A stretch of DNA of 64,000 bases from an uncultured Candidatus Saccharibacteria bacterium (GCA_964623775.1 CAZUVH010000004.1:12280-76279); one strand, 5' to 3'. Numbered from the stretch's first letter, positions 18,017 through 28,012 are shown. Translations and numbers: made by a program. Notes: a model not told the origin generated them from the sequence alone.

Positions 18017-19105
18017 ATGTTGCATACTACAAAACTGATCAGTTGGCTCGCTGGACTATTGCTTGTTGGGACGCTTTTTTACACGGTCAGTTATTTTTCT
18101 GGCACTCTGCGATCAAAAAGCGACGCGCCTTTCTATACAGTAGATCTTCTTACCGCAAAAGCAGGGGGCGATAACGTGGTGGCACTGGCACAATACCGTG
18201 CAATTCAAGATGATCCCAGGAAAACAAGCGAGGAAAAAGCGCTTGCCGAACTTCTCATCGTCGGCGCTGAGTTCAGCCAGACAGGTGATGTGAAAGCTCG
18301 ATTGCGTGAAATTCAGAAGATGAAAGAAATTTCAATGGACGCCTCGCTTTCTGCAGGTGTCCGCGCAACAGCGATGGCGATTCTTGGCAGCGAATACAGC
18401 GTGTCTGGCAATGATCCGGTTGTCTTTGCCGAAATCTACAAGGACCCACCTTTTGATTCGTATCTTGTGCCAAATGATCCCCACCTCTCGGCGCTCAATA
18501 TAGAGAAAGCGTCGTACGCTATAGTGCCCACGCCCGTCGCTGCCGTGAAAATTGCTCACATCGCATCTGGCCAGTATTTTGCCAATCCAAATCAGTCGGC
18601 AAGTACTAGGGCAGCCCATATTGCCATGACAGAGGAGTATATCAATAAAGCCGATGTGGCTGTGATGAGAGAGATACGCGGGGCCGGCTATACAGAAGGT
18701 GATCGATATATGTTTTATCGCGCACTGCGGGCGGTCAGTATCGGCCAACTGGCGGCCGCGAAAGGACAGCTCGAGGGGGGCGCTTATCGCAAGGAATTTG
18801 AAGACTTTTTCACGCTTGCGCAGTCGAAGAAAAGTTTTGCTGCAAAAAATTCACTCCTGAACGTTCGTTATGAGTATGCTTCGATTCTTGCGGCAGATGA
18901 GGATACTGCAGCCGAAAAAGCACAGCTTGATCTGCTCGCCCGGGAATTGAACGAGCTTCCCAATCCCAAAATCTACACCCTTGTTTTGCTCTTAAGAAAC
19001 GAGCACACGTATCGCCCCACGGGTCCGGTCTGGGTTGCGACAGAAAAAATGTTTAAAGTATCGCCGGATCTTAAGGCTGCGGTTAACAAGATCATCGCGT
19101 CCTGA
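18017..19105 (+). CDS. Membrane-anchored protein of unknown function (paralog of 9694..10806)
   Basis: 362 aa with an N-terminal TM helix. Motifs are conserved with the copy-1 protein. Confidence 0.5.
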   Translation: MLHTTKLISWLAGLLLVGTLFYTVSYFSGTLRSKSDAPFYTVDLLTAKAGGDNVVALAQYRAIQDDPRKTSEEKALAELLIVGAEFSQTGDVKARLREIQKMKEISMDASLSAGVRATAMAILGSEYSVSGNDPVVFAEIYKDPPFDSYLVPNDPHLSALNIEKASYAIVPTPVAAVKIAHIASGQYFANPNQSASTRAAHIAMTEEYINKADVAVMREIRGAGYTEGDRYMFYRALRAVSIGQLAAAKGQLEGGAYRKEFEDFFTLAQSKKSFAAKNSLLNVRYEYASILAADEDTAAEKAQLDLLARELNELPNPKIYTLVLLLRNEHTYRPTGPVWVATEKMFKVSPDLKAAVNKIIAS

Positions 19106-19110
19106 CCACA

Positions 19111-19911
19111 GTGAAAAGCAGACGGCTACATTTTGACTGGAAGTGGGCGGTGCGCATTTTCCTCGTAGTCGCGATTGTCGCGCTCATCTTCCCAGAACAG
19201 ATTCGTCAGGGATACGAAGTGGTGTCGACTCGACTGCTTCCCGACGCACAGCGCGAATTTCAGTACGGTCAACGACACTTCAATGCTGCGGACCCCGTAG
19301 CATACAACGTCGATTTGGCAGAATATTTTTACCGCCAGGCAGAAAGGCATAATCCCAGCATCCCGTATCTGTATCATGAGTTGGCGCGCATTAGTTTTCT
19401 CAGGGGTAGGTTCGAGCAAGCACTTCTCGAAATCAACCACCAAATCCAGCGTCACGGCGACAGGACGCCAAATTCGTATTACATGAGGGCACTCATCGCG
19501 GGATATAAAGGCGACTACGATATAGCGATACGCGACTATGAATACTTTTTGAAACTCGTGCCCACTAGCTGGGCGACTGCCAACGACTATGCATGGGTCC
19601 TTCTCAAGGCCGACAAGCCCGAGAAGGCTGCGAAAGTCACGGGAGATCTCTTGAAAGTACATCCCGAAAATCCGTGGCTCCTGAGCACCCACGCCATAGC
19701 GCTCTATGAAATGGGCGATTTGCACGGGGCGCTTCGAGTAGCAAAGGAGGCCCTGGCTGCCTCGGCAAAGATAACTGAAGCGCAGTGGCTCAAGGCGTAT
19801 CCTGGAAATGATCCGCGCACCGCACAGCAGGGGATTGAGACGCACCGCACGTCTATCGAAGACAATATACACAAGATAGAAATAGCAATTGCCGAGGATG
19901 CGATACAATAA
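19111..19911 (+). CDS. TPR-like repeat protein (paralog of 10803..11615)
   Basis: 266 aa, about 55% identical to the copy-1 protein. Confidence 0.5.
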   Translation: MKSRRLHFDWKWAVRIFLVVAIVALIFPEQIRQGYEVVSTRLLPDAQREFQYGQRHFNAADPVAYNVDLAEYFYRQAERHNPSIPYLYHELARISFLRGRFEQALLEINHQIQRHGDRTPNSYYMRALIAGYKGDYDIAIRDYEYFLKLVPTSWATANDYAWVLLKADKPEKAAKVTGDLLKVHPENPWLLSTHAIALYEMGDLHGALRVAKEALAASAKITEAQWLKAYPGNDPRTAQQGIETHRTSIEDNIHKIEIAIAEDAIQ

Positions 19912-19922
19912 AGTGAAATAGT

Positions 19923-21548
19923 ATGTCTCATTCGCACCGGAACTCTCTATCGAGATCGGCAAAAAAAGAACTGGCTATGTGGGCAGTACTCCTTTTTGCT
20001 GCGGTCGCATTCTCGTTCTCAGCAAGCACTAATGCGTCGACACCGTTCACATCCTCGGAGGTACATTTTGCGGACTCTTCAAAATCGGGCCTCTCGATCG
20101 TGCCCGCGTCGTGTGAATCGGGCATCGCCCATGAATCCTTCATGTATAACGGTGTGTTTACCACTGAGTGCAGCTGTCCTGCGGGCACAACCTTCACCTC
20201 AACTCCTAATCCAACGTTTCCTCTGGCCCCGTATCTCACATGTACACCAAATGTATGCACTGGCACCGATCCAGCCAACGCGACGATGTGCACGGGGGAT
20301 AGCAGTGGGCTCTCGGCAAACACCGCGAAGACAGTTGCGACTGCCTGCGGAACACCAAAATGCGAATTTACCTGCAATAGCGGCTTCGTGAAATCCGGGA
20401 ATACATGTGTGCCGGCTGTATGCACCGGCTCTGATCCAGCGAACGCGACTATGTGCTCGGGCGACAACACAGGACTATCGGCAGATACGGCTAAGACAGT
20501 TGCGGCTGCCTGCGGAGTACCAAAATGCGAATTCACCTGCAACAGCGGCTACCTAATATCCGGGAATACATGCGTGCAGTCGTGTCCCGCCGGTCAGGTG
20601 TGGAACGGCAGCGCATGCGTGTCGGCATGTCCAGCAGGTCAGACATGGAACGGTAGTGCATGTGTATCGTCGTGTCCTACGGGGCAAGTCTGGAATGGGA
20701 GTGCTTGTGTCCTCACGTGTCCGGAAGGTCAAACGTGGAATGGTAGTGCGTGCGTCGCGATGTGCACGAGCGGCCAGGTGTGGGACGGTACTGCCTGTGT
20801 GACGCCACAGTTTTCATGCACCGGATCCATACCGTCCAACTCTGCACTTTGCGCGAGCGACAATCTGGGACTTACGTCAGATACGCCGAGAACGCTTGCA
20901 GCATCGTGCGGTGCACCAAAATGTGAATATCTTTGCAATGGCGGCTATGTGAAGTCCGGCAACACATGCGTAGCAACATGCCCTTCGGGTGAGATATGGA
21001 ACGGCAGCACGTGCGTCACGAGCTGCCCGACCGGACAGACGTGGAACGGCACTTCTTGTGTGCCGATCTGCACGGGCGGTCAGGTCTGGAATGGTAGCGC
21101 CTGCGTGTGCCCGAGCGGACAGACGTGGAATGGCAGTATGTGCGTCGGATCGTGCGCCGATACCTATTTCTGTCAGGGCAACAGTCTCTACCACCAGAGC
21201 GCGAGCTGCGAAAATACGCTATCGCAGACGTGCAGCTACGGCTGCTCTGCGGGCGCATGCAATGCGCAACCGGCGGGGAATATTGATTTCGTCGTAACGC
21301 CGCTTCTCGTGAGAAAGGGTGAGACGGCCCAAGCCACCTGGAGTACGATCAATATCACTTCGTGCACCGTGACGAGCACCAATGGAGCAGCGTGGAGTGG
21401 TACATCAGGCACAGAGGTATCAGCACCCATAAATGCCCAGACGGTCTTCACGATTCGCTGCAATTCCAACACGGGATCGGTAATTACGAAGACCGCGACT
21501 GTCAACATCATCCCTACATTCTGCGAAGCGGGCTCGCCCGGTTGCTGA
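19923..21548 (+). CDS. Secreted Cys-rich repeat protein (about ten 13-aa CP.GQ.WNGS.CV repeats; conserved C-terminal domain)
   Basis: 541 aa with a signal/TM segment. It has two ~43-aa CTG.DPANATMC.GD..GLSA.TAKTVA.ACG.PKCEF.CNSG repeats, then ten CPAGQVWNGSACV-type repeats. The C-terminal ~130 aa align with 11717..13231 (YFCQGN..H...C.NT.S..CSYGCSAGAC, TV.C, NIIP.FCE.G.P.C). Confidence 0.55.
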   Translation: MSHSHRNSLSRSAKKELAMWAVLLFAAVAFSFSASTNASTPFTSSEVHFADSSKSGLSIVPASCESGIAHESFMYNGVFTTECSCPAGTTFTSTPNPTFPLAPYLTCTPNVCTGTDPANATMCTGDSSGLSANTAKTVATACGTPKCEFTCNSGFVKSGNTCVPAVCTGSDPANATMCSGDNTGLSADTAKTVAAACGVPKCEFTCNSGYLISGNTCVQSCPAGQVWNGSACVSACPAGQTWNGSACVSSCPTGQVWNGSACVLTCPEGQTWNGSACVAMCTSGQVWDGTACVTPQFSCTGSIPSNSALCASDNLGLTSDTPRTLAASCGAPKCEYLCNGGYVKSGNTCVATCPSGEIWNGSTCVTSCPTGQTWNGTSCVPICTGGQVWNGSACVCPSGQTWNGSMCVGSCADTYFCQGNSLYHQSASCENTLSQTCSYGCSAGACNAQPAGNIDFVVTPLLVRKGETAQATWSTINITSCTVTSTNGAAWSGTSGTEVSAPINAQTVFTIRCNSNTGSVITKTATVNIIPTFCEAGSPGC

Positions 21549-21549
21549 T

Positions 21550-22056
21550 ATGAATAAAACATTGAGTGCGGTACATTCGTCGCGCTCGGGCATGGCGAGT
21601 GTGCTAGCAACAGTCGTCCTTGCGCTGGCGCTGGCTTTTTTCCAGACGCCGATTGCCTCGGCACAGACGAATGACGCGACAAACAGCGAACTACGTGCGG
21701 CGGTGGAAACACTGCTCCTCGCTGATCCGCGCGCAGCATCTTTGCCGCAGCAAGAATTTGATGAGATGGTCAGTGCGCTCGTCGCTGCTGCCGAGAAAAA
21801 GGGGCTGACCGCGAGTGAGATTTCGTGGCGCCCGCAACCAGTCTCGAGCTATTCTCAGAGCGCTTCGGTCGGCGAGATACAAGCCTGCGCCGATAATTCC
21901 ATCTTGTGCATGATCAACGAAGCGTTTGGATTTACCGGCCCCGATATCAGCATACCGATGTGGTTTGGTATCTGCTCTGCAATTTTACTCTTGATCCTCG
22001 GAGGTATGATCGAGGTGCATCGTCGTACGCACGCGGCACCGACCATCAAAAAGTAG
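21550..22056 (+). CDS. Hypothetical exported/membrane protein
   Basis: 168 aa with an N-terminal signal-like segment and a C-terminal TM helix. Confidence 0.4.
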   Translation: MNKTLSAVHSSRSGMASVLATVVLALALAFFQTPIASAQTNDATNSELRAAVETLLLADPRAASLPQQEFDEMVSALVAAAEKKGLTASEISWRPQPVSSYSQSASVGEIQACADNSILCMINEAFGFTGPDISIPMWFGICSAILLLILGGMIEVHRRTHAAPTIKK

Positions 22057-22202
22057 GACAGCCCCTAGCGAATTTGCATTTTCAGACACACTAGCGTATA
22101 TTGCCTGCACGTCCTGCTTCGCACGGACAAGCCATGTCCCCATACGGGACCACTGGAGTGAGCCACTGGCCCGCTTCAGCGCGGCCATTTTCATTCAAAA
22201 AT

Positions 22203-22835
22203 ATGAGCAGCAAATTCATGTTGGGCACAAAAGGGAAGATGACGCAGGTCTTCGATGAGAAGGGCGTCGTTTCGGCTGCGACGATCGTCAATGCCGGCCC
22301 CCTCACCGTCACACAGGTAAAGGACAAACCGAAAGACGGCTACCAGGCGGCACAGGTCGGCTTTGGTACGCGTCGCGAGAAAAACGTGAACAAGCCGCAG
22401 CGCGGTCACCTCAAGGATCTCCCGCTTCCTCGCTACATGCGCGAGTTCTCTCCTGAAGTAGAGGTCAAGCGCGGCGATACTATAGATATATCGATCTTCG
22501 CACCAGGGGATATGGTAGAGGTCTCTGCTATTTCCAAGGGTAAGGGCTTCCAGGGAGTCGTAAAACGCCATGGTTTCCGCGGCGGTCCGCGCTCGCACGG
22601 TCAGAAAAATAAGGAGCGCGCTCCAGGATCAATCGGTGGCGGCGGTCGCGCCGGCGCGCGTGTCATCAAGGGTATGCGCATGGCAGGACGCATGGGCGGT
22701 ACTCGCATTACGGTCAAGAATCTCCGCGTCTTGCAGGTAGATCCTGCTTCAAATACACTCGTCATCTCAGGAGCTATCCCGGGTCACCCTGGCACGCTCA
22801 TAGAAATCCGCTCGCAAGCGAATCACGATAAATAA
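22203..22835 (+). CDS. rplC: 50S ribosomal protein L3
   Basis: MSSKFMLGTKGKMTQVFDEKG..., typical uL3. The internal ATG at 22203 is used because the track ORF begins at a TTG upstream. Confidence 0.9.
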   Translation: MSSKFMLGTKGKMTQVFDEKGVVSAATIVNAGPLTVTQVKDKPKDGYQAAQVGFGTRREKNVNKPQRGHLKDLPLPRYMREFSPEVEVKRGDTIDISIFAPGDMVEVSAISKGKGFQGVVKRHGFRGGPRSHGQKNKERAPGSIGGGGRAGARVIKGMRMAGRMGGTRITVKNLRVLQVDPASNTLVISGAIPGHPGTLIEIRSQANHDK

Positions 22836-22850
22836 CCAAGAAAATTTTGT

Positions 22851-23573
22851 ATGGAAACACCTATTTACAACGCGCAGGGAAAGAAGACCGGAACACTCGC
22901 ATTGCCTGAGAACGTCTTTGGCGTGCAGTGGAATGACGCGCTCATGCACCAGGTCGTCACCTCGATGCACTCGAATGCACGTCCGAATGTCGCCCACACC
23001 AAGGGTCGCGGTGATGTACGTGGCGGCGGTCGCAAGCCCTGGCAACAGAAGGGTACTGGCCGCGCTCGTCACGGCTCCACCCGCTCTCCGATTTGGAAAG
23101 GCGGCGGTGTTACTCATGGACCGACCAACCAAAAGAACTACGAAAAGGCGATCCCGAAGAAGATGCGCGCCAAGGCCCTCTATATGGCGCTCTCACGCAA
23201 GCTCAAAGACGGTGAGATCCTCTTTGTCGATTCCTTCGGCATCAGCGAGCCCAAGACGGCGGTCGCGATGAAGTCGCTCGTTGCACTCTCCAAGATTTCC
23301 GGATTCGGGAAGATGGTGACCAAGGGCAAAAACGCAGCGCTCGTTGCGCTTGCCGATCCTACGACAGCCACGACCAAGAGCTTCCGCAATATCAGCAATG
23401 TCTCGTGTGTGCCGGTGCGCCAGCTCAATCCGATCCAGATTCTCGGCAATTCCTATATCGTCATCGAAAACCCTGAAGCATCGGTCGCGATAGTCGCAAG
23501 TCGCCTTAATAAGGGTGTGTCGGAGGCTGCGTCGAAGGCAAAACCGGCTGCGAAAAAGAAAACTGCGAACTAA
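22851..23573 (+). CDS. rplD: 50S ribosomal protein L4
   Basis: Carries RGGGRKPWQQKGTGRARHGS, the uL4 signature. Confidence 0.9.
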   Translation: METPIYNAQGKKTGTLALPENVFGVQWNDALMHQVVTSMHSNARPNVAHTKGRGDVRGGGRKPWQQKGTGRARHGSTRSPIWKGGGVTHGPTNQKNYEKAIPKKMRAKALYMALSRKLKDGEILFVDSFGISEPKTAVAMKSLVALSKISGFGKMVTKGKNAALVALADPTTATTKSFRNISNVSCVPVRQLNPIQILGNSYIVIENPEASVAIVASRLNKGVSEAASKAKPAAKKKTAN

Positions 23574-23598
23574 TCACTGATAACTGACAACTATTCTT

Positions 23599-23958
23599 AT
23601 GGCACTCTTCAGCAAAAAAGACACAAAAAAGAAGGATGAAGCGAAGGCGGTAGCGACAAAGACATCTTCTATGGCGCGCGACCTCTCGCATGTCTTGCAG
23701 CACGCACGCATCACCGAGAAGGCGACGATGCACAGCGAGCAGGGCGTCTATACTTTCAACGTCGCTCCGCAGACTACGAAGAACGAGATCAAGCAGGCGG
23801 TCTTTTCTCTCTACAAGGTCACCCCGCGCCTCGTACGTGTACTCAAGGTCAGGGCAAAGGTGCGCCGCAATGCGCGCACGGGCAAGATTGGTATGACGAC
23901 CGGCGGCAAGAAGGCCTATGTGTACCTCAAGAAAGGCGAAACGATCAATCTCTCGTAA
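23599..23958 (+). CDS. rplW: 50S ribosomal protein L23
   Basis: uL23-like, YTFNV...KV....K (119 aa). Confidence 0.85.
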   Translation: MALFSKKDTKKKDEAKAVATKTSSMARDLSHVLQHARITEKATMHSEQGVYTFNVAPQTTKNEIKQAVFSLYKVTPRLVRVLKVRAKVRRNARTGKIGMTTGGKKAYVYLKKGETINLS

Positions 23959-23981
23959 TTTGAGTTAACTATAAATAATGT

Positions 23982-24830
23982 ATGGCAATCAAAACTTACA
24001 AACCGACAAGCAAATCGCAACGTCAGCACACGTCGATTGACTACTCCAAGCTCCTCTCGGGCCACCGCCCTGAGAAATCGCTCATGAAGGGTAAGAAGAG
24101 TATGGGTGGTCGCAATTCCTTTGGACGCATCACGACGCGTCATCAGGGAGGCGGTCACAAGAAGGTCTATCGCATGGTTGATTTCAAATTCGATAAGAAA
24201 GACATCCCTGCGAAGATCACGACCATCGAATACGATCCGTTCCGCTCCGCATTTATCTCGCTCGCGGTCTACGCCGACGGCGCAAAGCGCTACATCGTGG
24301 TGCCTCGCCACATGAAAGTGGGGGACACATTCATGGTGTCGGAAAAAGCTCCTGTCACCCTCGGCAATCGTTTGCCACTCGGCAAGATCCCGGTAGGTAC
24401 ATTTGTCTACAACATCGAATTGAAGCCGGGCAACGGCGGCAAGATCGCACGATCTGCAGGTAATTTCTGCGAAGTGGTCGCACAGGATGCAGGCTACACG
24501 CACCTCAAGATGCCGTCGACCGAAGTACGTCGCATCATCGAAACCGCATGGGCATCGATCGGTGAGGCTTCCAACGAAGAGCACCGCTTGGTCAATCTCG
24601 GCAAAGCTGGCCGTAGCCGCTGGCTCGGTGTCCGCCCGACCGTCCGTGGTACCGCAATGAATCCAGTCGATCACCCACACGGCGGAGGTGAAGGTAAGCA
24701 GGGTCGTGGTCTTCGCCGCGCGAAGTCCATGTGGGGCAAGCCGACTGGCAAGGGTCAGAAGAGCCGTCACCCGAAGAAATATTCCAACGTCTTTATCGTC
24801 TCGCGCCGCAAGGTCGGAAAGAGAAAGTAA
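23982..24830 (+). CDS. rplB: 50S ribosomal protein L2
   Basis: Carries GRNSFGRITTRHQGGGHKK and HPHGGGEGK. Confidence 0.92.
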   Translation: MAIKTYKPTSKSQRQHTSIDYSKLLSGHRPEKSLMKGKKSMGGRNSFGRITTRHQGGGHKKVYRMVDFKFDKKDIPAKITTIEYDPFRSAFISLAVYADGAKRYIVVPRHMKVGDTFMVSEKAPVTLGNRLPLGKIPVGTFVYNIELKPGNGGKIARSAGNFCEVVAQDAGYTHLKMPSTEVRRIIETAWASIGEASNEEHRLVNLGKAGRSRWLGVRPTVRGTAMNPVDHPHGGGEGKQGRGLRRAKSMWGKPTGKGQKSRHPKKYSNVFIVSRRKVGKRK

Positions 24831-24837
24831 AAACAAA

Positions 24838-24876
24838 AGAAAAGGCCCGGAGAAATCCGGGCCTTTGTAGTTTTTA
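24838..24876. terminator. Bidirectional rho-independent terminator
   Basis: GGCCCGGAGAAATCCGGGCC hairpin flanked by A-run and T-run. It terminates rplB (+) and the small minus-strand gene. Confidence 0.6.
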
Positions 24877-24910
24877 TCAAAGGATGTTTCACCTCTGAGA
24901 GAAGCAGCGT

Positions 24911-25039
24911 TACTTCTTTCGAGCGTTTTTTCCGAGTATGCGTCGCAGGCGATTATTCAAAATCGCAGCGACTTCGCGCTGACTCTTTACGCGCGAGTTT
25001 TCAACGTCCACAGACTTTTTGCGAGTTTTCGCGGCCATA
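24911..25039 (-). CDS. Small basic protein (42 aa), unknown function
   Basis: Not in the ORF track (<60 aa). Reverse complement gives AAAGGAGGTGCT-ATG with a strong SD. Product is MAAKTRKKSVDVENSRVKSQREVAAILNNRLRRILGKNARKK. Confidence 0.35.
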
Positions 25040-25133
25040 GCACCTCTCCTTTGCCAAGCCTATTTATAGGGGAGAGAGTTTGAATTATCAAGTAAAAAAA
25101 GAACGGCGAATCGCAATGCAATTCGCCGCCGCG

Positions 25134-25367
25134 TCATTTTTTGAGCTTCAAAAGGCTCAAGCGGGATTCCTCGACCATGTTCTCGATTCGGACTGCAACT
25201 ACGGCAATGACTTTTTTCTCGGCATACAGTACGGCGTTTTCTCCGCGCTTATCCAGGTGAGCCGAGAGTTCCGAGAAGAACCTGGCGAGCTCTGGTCCTG
25301 AAAAGGCCGCAACTTCTTTAGCGAGCTCCAATGCGTGAGGGTGCTCGTCTTTCCACGGTCCCGCCAT
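25134..25367 (-). CDS. Hypothetical protein (77 aa)
   Basis: Track ORF 25134..25388. The internal ATG at 25367 is preceded by AAAGGAGG (SD). Product is MAGPWKDEHPHALELAKEVAAFSGPELARFF.... Confidence 0.4.
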   Translation of the reverse strand: MAGPWKDEHPHALELAKEVAAFSGPELARFFSELSAHLDKRGENAVLYAEKKVIAVVAVRIENMVEESRLSLLKLKK

Positions 25368-25547
25368 GAAAGCCTCCTTTACCAGCATCCTTTATAGACG
25401 AGAAAGTTTGACCCCGCAAGCATAATTTGGGCTTGCCGAAGGCCCCTACTGCGATCAATAAACGAAGGTAGTTCATCTATACTGCGTGGCCGACCTCAAA
25501 TACAGCTGCGACGGTAAAAAAGCAGGAGCCCAAATTTTGCTTCGGGG

Positions 25548-25582
25548 TTTGACTTATCAAGCTATTTCCTATACATTGTGCG
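25548..25582 (+). promoter_or_regulatory. Putative promoter restarting r-protein transcription before rpsS (TTGACT-N16-TATACA)
   Basis: -35/-10-like hexamers in the 240-bp gap after the two opposite-strand inserted genes. Confidence 0.25.
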
Positions 25583-25625
25583 GACTCCCGCAGCCCGCGG
25601 GTTTTAAATTGAACAGGATACACTC

Positions 25626-25970
25626 ATGTCACGCTCACTCAAAAAAGGTCCGTACGTGGACGAAAAATTGATGAAAAAGGTAGGCGCTCGCAAGCCGAAT
25701 GCGGGTGTTATTAAGACGTGGCGCCGCGCTTCCACCATCGCTCCTGAATTCGTAGGCTACACCTTTGCAGTACACACCGGCAACAAATTTGAAGACGTCT
25801 TCGTCACTGAAGACATGGTAGGGCACCGACTCGGCGAATTCGCTCCGACCACTAAATTCATCCGTCACGGAGGCAAGATGCAGAAGGAGGCTGAAATGGC
25901 TGCGAAGGCTGCTGAAATCGCTACCGCTCAGGCTGCCAAGGCCACTGCCGACAAGGGCGCCAAGAAATAA
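25626..25970 (+). CDS. rpsS: 30S ribosomal protein S19 (with Ala/Lys-rich C-terminal extension)
   Basis: Begins [15 protein letters not shown] and contains [10 protein letters not shown]. Confidence 0.9.
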   Translation: MSRSLKKGPYVDEKLMKKVGARKPNAGVIKTWRRASTIAPEFVGYTFAVHTGNKFEDVFVTEDMVGHRLGEFAPTTKFIRHGGKMQKEAEMAAKAAEIATAQAAKATADKGAKK

Positions 25971-25973
25971 TCT

Positions 25974-26396
25974 ATGAAGGCCACGCTCACAAATTTCCAT
26001 CAACCACCGCGCAAAGTCCGCCTCGTCGCTGATTTGATCCGTGGCAAATCAGTACCCGCTGCACGCGTCGCGCTCTCATTTTTGCCGAAGAAGTCCGGCC
26101 CGGCGATCGCCAAGCTCTTGGATTCTGCTGTCGCCAATGCAGGTCAGATGAATTTCTCTGCCGATCAGCTTTTTGTAAAGAGCATCATGGTCGACAAAGG
26201 TGTCGTCATGCGCCGCGGTCGTCCGTTCTCGCGCGGTCGCTCTGGTACGATTCGCAAGACCTTGAGCGTCGTTCGTCTCGAATTGAGCCCGCTTGCAAAG
26301 ATGGATGCTCCAAAGGCTGCGAAAAAGGCGGCCGCTGAGAAATCTGTTGCAAAGAAAACTGTTGCCAAGAAGACGAATAAAAAAGATACAAAATAA
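25974..26396 (+). CDS. rplV: 50S ribosomal protein L22 (C-terminal Lys/Ala-rich extension)
   Basis: uL22 core, RGKSV..A...L.F....A, plus a C-terminal basic tail. Confidence 0.85.
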   Translation: MKATLTNFHQPPRKVRLVADLIRGKSVPAARVALSFLPKKSGPAIAKLLDSAVANAGQMNFSADQLFVKSIMVDKGVVMRRGRPFSRGRSGTIRKTLSVVRLELSPLAKMDAPKAAKKAAAEKSVAKKTVAKKTNKKDTK

Positions 26397-26399
26397 TTT

Positions 26400-27089
26400 A
26401 TGACACATACAGTACATCCATACGCACATCGTCTCGGAATCATCCGCGATTGGAAGTCGCGCTGGTTTGCCAAGAGTCCTGCTGAATACCGCGAAGGTGT
26501 CATGACTGATGCCACGATCCGCCGCTTCCTCAAGAAGCGCCTGCGTGGCAATTATGTCACTTCTGTCGAGATCGAACGCAACGAAAAAGCGATCCGTATC
26601 CTGATCAAGACTTCCCGTCCGGGACTCGTGATCGGCCGCGGGGGAGAGGGCTCTGCCAAATTGATCAAAGAGATTGAAGCGGTGGTTCGCAAAGTGCCCA
26701 AGTACCACAAGAAGGCGATCAAGCTCGATATCGAAGAGGTTCGCTCACCGGAATCGCAGTCACCGGTCGTCGCATACATGGTCGCAGAAGGCTTGGAGAA
26801 ACGTCAGACGTTCCGCCGTGTGCTCAAGCAGACGGTCGAGAAGGTGATGGCGAATCGCGATGTGCAGGGCGTACGCATCTGCATCTCCGGACGCTTGGGT
26901 GGCGCTGAAATGTCCCGCACGGAAGAGATCAAGCGTGGCCGCGTACCGCTCCAGACGCTTCGCGCTGACATCGACTTTGCTCGCGAGGTCGCTTATCTCC
27001 CGTACGGCGTGATCGGCGTAAAGGTCTGGATCTATCGCGGCGAGATTTTTGCCGAGGATAAAAAGGCAGGCCGCACGCAGTCTAAATAA
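26400..27089 (+). CDS. rpsC: 30S ribosomal protein S3
   Basis: KH domain with GLVIGRGGEG, i.e. uS3. Confidence 0.9.
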   Translation: MTHTVHPYAHRLGIIRDWKSRWFAKSPAEYREGVMTDATIRRFLKKRLRGNYVTSVEIERNEKAIRILIKTSRPGLVIGRGGEGSAKLIKEIEAVVRKVPKYHKKAIKLDIEEVRSPESQSPVVAYMVAEGLEKRQTFRRVLKQTVEKVMANRDVQGVRICISGRLGGAEMSRTEEIKRGRVPLQTLRADIDFAREVAYLPYGVIGVKVWIYRGEIFAEDKKAGRTQSK

Positions 27090-27099
27090 TATTTGATGT

Positions 27100-27522
27100 A
27101 TGTTGGCACCAAAAAAAGCTAAATATCGCAAGTGGCAGTCGGGTCGCAAGAATGCGAACCGCATGAACTTGCCCGATACGCGTGGTCTCACCGTGGCGTT
27201 TGGTTCGCACGGCCTCAAGGCTACGACCGCCGCACGTCTCACCTCGAATCAGATCGAAGCTGCGCGCCGCGCTCTCTCGCGCGCGGGTGGCAAGACGGCA
27301 AAGATCTGGGTGCGTGTTTTCCCTGACCGACCATGGACGCAGAAGGCTGCAGAAGTGGGCATGGGTAGCGGAAAGGGCGATGTGCAAGGCTATGTAGCCG
27401 AAGTAAGGCCGGGTCGCGTGATTTTCGAGATCGATGGAGCACCGGAAGCTGTTGCGAGAGAAGCGCTTCGCAAAGCCGGTACCAAGCTCCCGCTCAAGGT
27501 CCGTGTCGTTGCGCGCGTATAA
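27100..27522 (+). CDS. rplP: 50S ribosomal protein L16
   Basis: Begins MLAPKKAKYRKWQSGR, uL16. Confidence 0.92.
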   Translation: MLAPKKAKYRKWQSGRKNANRMNLPDTRGLTVAFGSHGLKATTAARLTSNQIEAARRALSRAGGKTAKIWVRVFPDRPWTQKAAEVGMGSGKGDVQGYVAEVRPGRVIFEIDGAPEAVAREALRKAGTKLPLKVRVVARV

Positions 27523-27530
27523 ATATATTT

Positions 27531-27734
27531 ATGACAACTTTTGAAAAACACAGCGTCGAAGACTTGCAGAAATTGATCGCCGATAAGCGCGAGGCGCTTC
27601 GCACATTCCGCTTTGGAGGCGCTGGATCACGCACACGCGATGTGCGCTCGGGTCGCAACCTTCGTAAGGAGATCGCACAGGCCCTGACCGAGCTTAAAGC
27701 GCGAGAAATTGCATCTAAGAGCAAAACGAAGTAA
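27531..27734 (+). CDS. rpmC: 50S ribosomal protein L29
   Basis: 67 aa; LQKLIADKREALRTFRF, uL29. Confidence 0.85.
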   Translation: MTTFEKHSVEDLQKLIADKREALRTFRFGGAGSRTRDVRSGRNLRKEIAQALTELKAREIASKSKTK

Positions 27735-27749
27735 GGTACACATTCACGT

Positions 27750-27995
27750 ATGGAATCAAAGACACAGACACAGGGAAAATTCTTCGACGGCGTCGTCACC
27801 AAGACGGCGATGAAAGACACGGCGACCGTGACGGTGCAGCGCTACGTGAAGCACCCGAAGTACAAGAAGTACATGAAGAAAAACGTAAAATTCCTCGTCC
27901 ACGATCCGGGCAACACGCTCGCAGTAGGGGACAAGGTAACGATCAAAGAGACACGTCCGATCTCAAAGCTCAAGCGCTTTGTAATTGCGCAATAA
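27750..27995 (+). CDS. rpsQ: 30S ribosomal protein S17
   Basis: GVVTKTAMKDTATVTVQRYVKHPKYKKY, uS17. Confidence 0.9.
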   Translation: MESKTQTQGKFFDGVVTKTAMKDTATVTVQRYVKHPKYKKYMKKNVKFLVHDPGNTLAVGDKVTIKETRPISKLKRFVIAQ

Positions 27996-28012
27996 ATTAA
28001 TTTTCGAATTCT

